Source: Nitrospirota bacterium (GTDB taxonomy: Bacteria > Nitrospirota > UBA9217). Taken from it: DNA of 64,000 nt. The position numbers and the translations under genes are program-made. The stretch is from the NCBI GenBank assembly GCA_963845065.1, contig CAWJQQ010000009.1, forward strand, positions 896,001-960,000, written 5' to 3'. The stretch's first letter is position 1, and each line of letters starts with the position of its first letter. This document shows positions 60,425 through 64,000 of this stretch, piece after piece. The notes under the pieces are model-generated. The model did not search any database. It saw nothing but the letters and a program-made list of their open reading frames with translations, and had not been told where the DNA came from.

Positions 60425-62477
60425 GTTTTGCGAATACCTCTACCCTGTTTTTCCCTTCGTTCTTGGCTCGGTACAGTGCTTTGTCAACGTTGTCAAGCAA
60501 CGTTTCAACCGTTTTCCCGTGTTCGGGATAGCAGGCAACGCCGATGCTGCCTGTAACAGTGTACGATAGAGGAGCGGATTCATCGTTAGCGAGAACCACT
60601 TTCTGTGACACATTGTCTCGTATGCGCTCAGCAATATCCATCGCAACCGTCTTGATGGTCTCGGGCAGAATTACCATGAACTCATCGCCGCCGTATCGTG
60701 CCACGATGTCTATGGACCGTACTGCATTCAACAAGGTGTCTGCCACGGCTTTAAGGACCTTATCGCCGACTGGATGGCCCAAGGTGTCATTACAATATTT
60801 AAACCCGTCGATGTCCAGCATGAGAAGGCCGAAAGTGTGGCCATGACGCGCGGACCGGGCTAATTCATCTTTCAGCCGTTCATGCAGGTACCTTCGGTTC
60901 AGGAGGCCGGTTAGAGAGTCCGTGATAGTAAGCTTTTTGAGTTCTTCAGTTTTATTAATAAACACATTTCGCTCCATGACGACTGCGGCATGGGTGGCGA
61001 ATGATTGAATAAGTTTTAGGTCTTCTTTATTAAACACCTCGCCCGAGGACTTATCCGACAAATTGAGCACACCAATGATGTGGTCATCGATTTTAAGTGG
61101 TATGCTGACAAACGAGCGCGTCTTATAGTGCTTCCTGTTCATTTGGTGTATTCTCGGGTCGATTTCCAGGTTCTCAACGAGGATAGCTTCGCCCGATTGG
61201 GCCACCTTCCCTGCAATTCCTTCACCGCGGTTGATCCTGTGTTTTTCGGACACGCCGTCGATTATACCTTTTTTTGCTTCAAGGAGCAAGGCATCAGTTT
61301 CATGGTCGATCAGCATCAGTGAGCCCTGTTCCGCCTTGAGAAGTTCAGCCGACATGTCAAGGATTGCCTGGAGGAGCTTTTCATAATTCTGGATGGGTGT
61401 TATCGACTTCGTCAGTTCAGAAATGGTAGAAAACTGATCAAACTTTCTATATAATTCTTGTTTTAGTCTGTAGTTTTCTATCGAAAGAGCAGCCTGCCGG
61501 CAGAATGCGGTTATAACCTGCCGGTCATTCTCTTTGAGGCCTCTGTCTCCAATGCGGAGGATAGCCTCGAGTCTTTTATTTACCATGACAGGGAAAAAAT
61601 AGAGGGCACCCATCCCTGACAAGAAATCAGCCCGGGCATCTGCTATCGGCTCTGCCGAAAGGACAAACGCTTTCCCTGAAAGAAGTTCAAGAACAATAGA
61701 ATCATCCTCATTGACACTAAGGATTTCAGGCATTCCCCTGCTCCTCAGAAGGCTGTAGAGACTCGTATATTTTCTTTGCATACGATCAAAAATAAGGATA
61801 GTAATGCTATCGATATCGAGCAGCGAGGACAGTTTGCCGATCATATTTCTATATAGCGATTCAGGCCGTTCTTCGGCGGAAGCACCCCACATTCCGACGA
61901 TCATTTTCAGGCTTTCGAATTTCCTTTTCAGCGAAAGATTTTCTTGAGTGTGTTCTAAAAGGCTGTTCACCCAGTTTGCAACAAATCCGCAAATTTTCCA
62001 GGCTTGCTGGAAGTTAGTAAAGGTGAGCGGTGCCTTTACAGAAATCGTGTCGAGACCGGGGACGGCTTGAACTTGATTCACACTCTCGCGGAAATCCTCA
62101 TACGATGAAAACGATCCTTGCCCCAGAATCACCGCCTTTTCGTTCATATAACTGATGGGCAGGGCGAAACACATGACTTTTGCATAGCATTTGAAGATAT
62201 CGGGCTTTCCGGTTACGAGTGTATTCATGACGAGGGGAAGGCAGTATGCATCGTGTTTCGATTTATATTCGGGTGAGGATGAGCAAAATTCCTGGCACGG
62301 AGGTATTAACCCGATCGGAACGAAGAGGAGTTTTCCGGACTGTGAAAAAACACTCAGGGAAAATCCGAAACTCTCAGAAACGGATGCAAAATGATCCCAC
62401 CATGATTCGTCCTTGATGAGACCTTCCAAGGTATCTTTTGCATCCGTATCCGGCACATCGCCTCCAAGGTAATGCAT
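60414..62477 (-). CDS. PocR-GAF-GAF diguanylate cyclase
   Basis: Cys-containing PocR-like N-terminus; 'DSLTGLLN', RSID I-site, GGDEF. Confidence 0.92.
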   Translation of the reverse strand: MHYLGGDVPDTDAKDTLEGLIKDESWWDHFASVSESFGFSLSVFSQSGKLLFVPIGLIPPCQEFCSSSPEYKSKHDAYCLPLVMNTLVTGKPDIFKCYAKVMCFALPISYMNEKAVILGQGSFSSYEDFRESVNQVQAVPGLDTISVKAPLTFTNFQQAWKICGFVANWVNSLLEHTQENLSLKRKFESLKMIVGMWGASAEERPESLYRNMIGKLSSLLDIDSITILIFDRMQRKYTSLYSLLRSRGMPEILSVNEDDSIVLELLSGKAFVLSAEPIADARADFLSGMGALYFFPVMVNKRLEAILRIGDRGLKENDRQVITAFCRQAALSIENYRLKQELYRKFDQFSTISELTKSITPIQNYEKLLQAILDMSAELLKAEQGSLMLIDHETDALLLEAKKGIIDGVSEKHRINRGEGIAGKVAQSGEAILVENLEIDPRIHQMNRKHYKTRSFVSIPLKIDDHIIGVLNLSDKSSGEVFNKEDLKLIQSFATHAAVVMERNVFINKTEELKKLTITDSLTGLLNRRYLHERLKDELARSARHGHTFGLLMLDIDGFKYCNDTLGHPVGDKVLKAVADTLLNAVRSIDIVARYGGDEFMVILPETIKTVAMDIAERIRDNVSQKVVLANDESAPLSYTVTGSIGVACYPEHGKTVETLLDNVDKALYRAKNEGKNRVEVFAKHAI

Positions 62478-62687
62478 TTTTACCGTTTGGAAATTATTTG
62501 ATTAACGACCACTAGATGCACGGATGAATACGGCACGCGAAATAATTGCCTTCAGAACTTAAACGTAAACTCCCTAGAAGCCGCAAAGCAGCTAAGTATA
62601 GTAGAATATCCAAGCTTGCGTCCGGGTGTGTGGCATCATTTTACCATGTGTCGGTGCACCATGGCAATCTCCAAAAATCATTGTCTA

Positions 62688-62996
62688 GAAACCCCGCGCG
62701 AGGAACCCTACAAACTTTAACGGTGGGAGGAAAGTGCTGAACAAATATTTACTACTGCAATATCATAGTGCCTGTACTTCACGACAGTGGAACAGTTACT
62801 GCTTGGTTCTTTGAAACCAAAAGCATGTGGTTCCGGCAAAAAGGTTGCCGGATAAAACTTTCGCCCGCTAAGAAGCAGATGCCAAAATGGTGGGTGCTTC
62901 CAACCATTGGAAGAGGAGCAGTAAGACTGTTGATGCTGACAGCAGCTCCGTTTGCATTCCAGAATCCCACATGCTTTAGCAGCGGGAGTACGTCAA
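62688..62996 (+). mobile_element. internally deleted IS200/IS605 element with omegaRNA-like right end
   Basis: Left-end-like hairpin near 62702-62735; short tnpB-like start; nested stems, then GAAT-hairpin-TCAA; left boundary approximate. Confidence 0.65.
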
Positions 62997-63052
62997 AAAA
63001 GCAGGCTCAAAATGTCTTTTCCCATGTTCAGTCGCAACGCGGATCGATTTAA

Positions 63053-64000
63053 TCATTCCACCGTTACGCTTTTCGCAAGGTTCCTCGGCTGATCAACGTC
63101 GCAATTCCTGAGTACTCCTACATGGTATGCAAGCAGCTGTAGGGGAATAACGTTAATAAAAGGGGTGAACAGCGGATGTGTCGCCGGGACCCTGATAATA
63201 TCATCAGCTTTGTTTCGCAGCGCCTCGGGAGCATCCGTTACTGCAATGACCCGGCCACCACGTGCTTTTACTTCTTCAATATTGGAAAACATCTTCTCGA
63301 AAAGATCGTTTGATGGGGCCAGAACCACGACGGGCAATCCGTTTTCGATCAGCGCGATAGGCCCGTGTTTCATCTCGCCGGCAGGATATCCTTCAGCGTG
63401 GATATATGATATTTCTTTCAATTTCAAAGCTCCTTCAAGGGCGATAGGATAGTTGATTCCCCGCGCAAGATAGAGAAAGTCCTTTGCTTGGGTCAGAGAA
63501 CGGGCTAGTTCCTTGATTTCAGCGTCTTTCTGAAGTGTTTTTTCAACGAGAGCCGGGACATCCAAAAGGTACGACTGTAGAGTGTTTAATTCGTTCTTTT
63601 TTAGACGGTTTCGTCCATATGCCATACCGAGGGCAAGGAGACACAGAGCGGCAAGTTGGGAGGTAAAAGTTTTCGTTGATGCTACGCCGATTTCCGGACC
63701 GCTTCGTGTATACAGAACCGACTGAGCTTCCCTGGTCGACGTGCTTCCCACGACATTGCAGATTGTGAGGGTCCGAGCGCCCATACGCTGCGCTTCGCGC
63801 TGCGCGGCAAGGGTGTCGGCTGTTTCACCCGATTGTGTAATGGATATGAAGAGAGTATTGTTTTCGATGATCGGACTCCGGTAGCGATACTCCGAGGCAA
63901 TCTCGACATCCACAGGAATGCCCGCCAGACGCTCGATCAGGTACTTGCCAATCAGCCCGGCATGGTACGACGTACCGCAGGATACGATGTGCAGCTTGCG
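63053..64000 (-). CDS. glmS: glutamine-fructose-6-phosphate transaminase (5'-partial)
   Basis: 'CGTSYHAG', 'QSGETADT', 'KHGP', 'PRNLAKSVTVE'. Confidence 0.98.
   Translation of the reverse strand, partial: RKLHIVSCGTSYHAGLIGKYLIERLAGIPVDVEIASEYRYRSPIIENNTLFISITQSGETADTLAAQREAQRMGARTLTICNVVGSTSTREAQSVLYTRSGPEIGVASTKTFTSQLAALCLLALGMAYGRNRLKKNELNTLQSYLLDVPALVEKTLQKDAEIKELARSLTQAKDFLYLARGINYPIALEGALKLKEISYIHAEGYPAGEMKHGPIALIENGLPVVVLAPSNDLFEKMFSNIEEVKARGGRVIAVTDAPEALRNKADDIIRVPATHPLFTPFINVIPLQLLAYHVGVLRNCDVDQPRNLAKSVTVE

Noticed and set aside
60414..60950. Hypr-type (cGAMP-making) GGDEF
   Set aside because: The substrate-specifying Asp in 'GHPVGD' is retained, which predicts a canonical DGC
63020..63090. 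Tn7 insertion at the glmS 3' end (attTn7)
   Set aside because: No TGT transposon end or tns genes downstream
1..64000. CRISPR array, rRNA or tRNA; TnpBs as Cas12f
   Set aside because: No regularly spaced repeats or cloverleafs seen; the TnpBs have IS605 ends

Overview
64-kb bacterial window rich in signal-transduction genes. By inference it comes from a motile, diderm, probably anaerobic organism such as Nitrospirota or Desulfobacterota. It runs from a partial ECF sigma gene to the 3' part of glmS. Main content: envelope and transport genes (lepB-like peptidase, chromate transporter, DevBCA-like ABC efflux operon, Spy-like protein, beta-barrels, TlpA); c-di-GMP genes (2 HD-GYP, PilZ, GGDEF); an MCP; two near-identical HK/NtrC-type operons; and many IS200/IS605 elements (1 autonomous, 1 intact tnpB-only, several decayed, deleted or miniature). 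Features the ORF track misses: two rhodanese genes that read through an in-frame UGA (CxU) with SECIS-like hairpins at the same offset; sigma28, sigma54 and ECF promoter sets; collapsed toxin-antitoxin remnants; and an orphan omegaRNA-like element. The best candidate for a new system is a four-gene operon: PocR-GAF-GAF-GGDEF, a STAND-like ATPase fused to an RsbW-type kinase, a STAS protein, and a GAF-HD-GYP. All calls are from reading motifs by eye; no searches were run.
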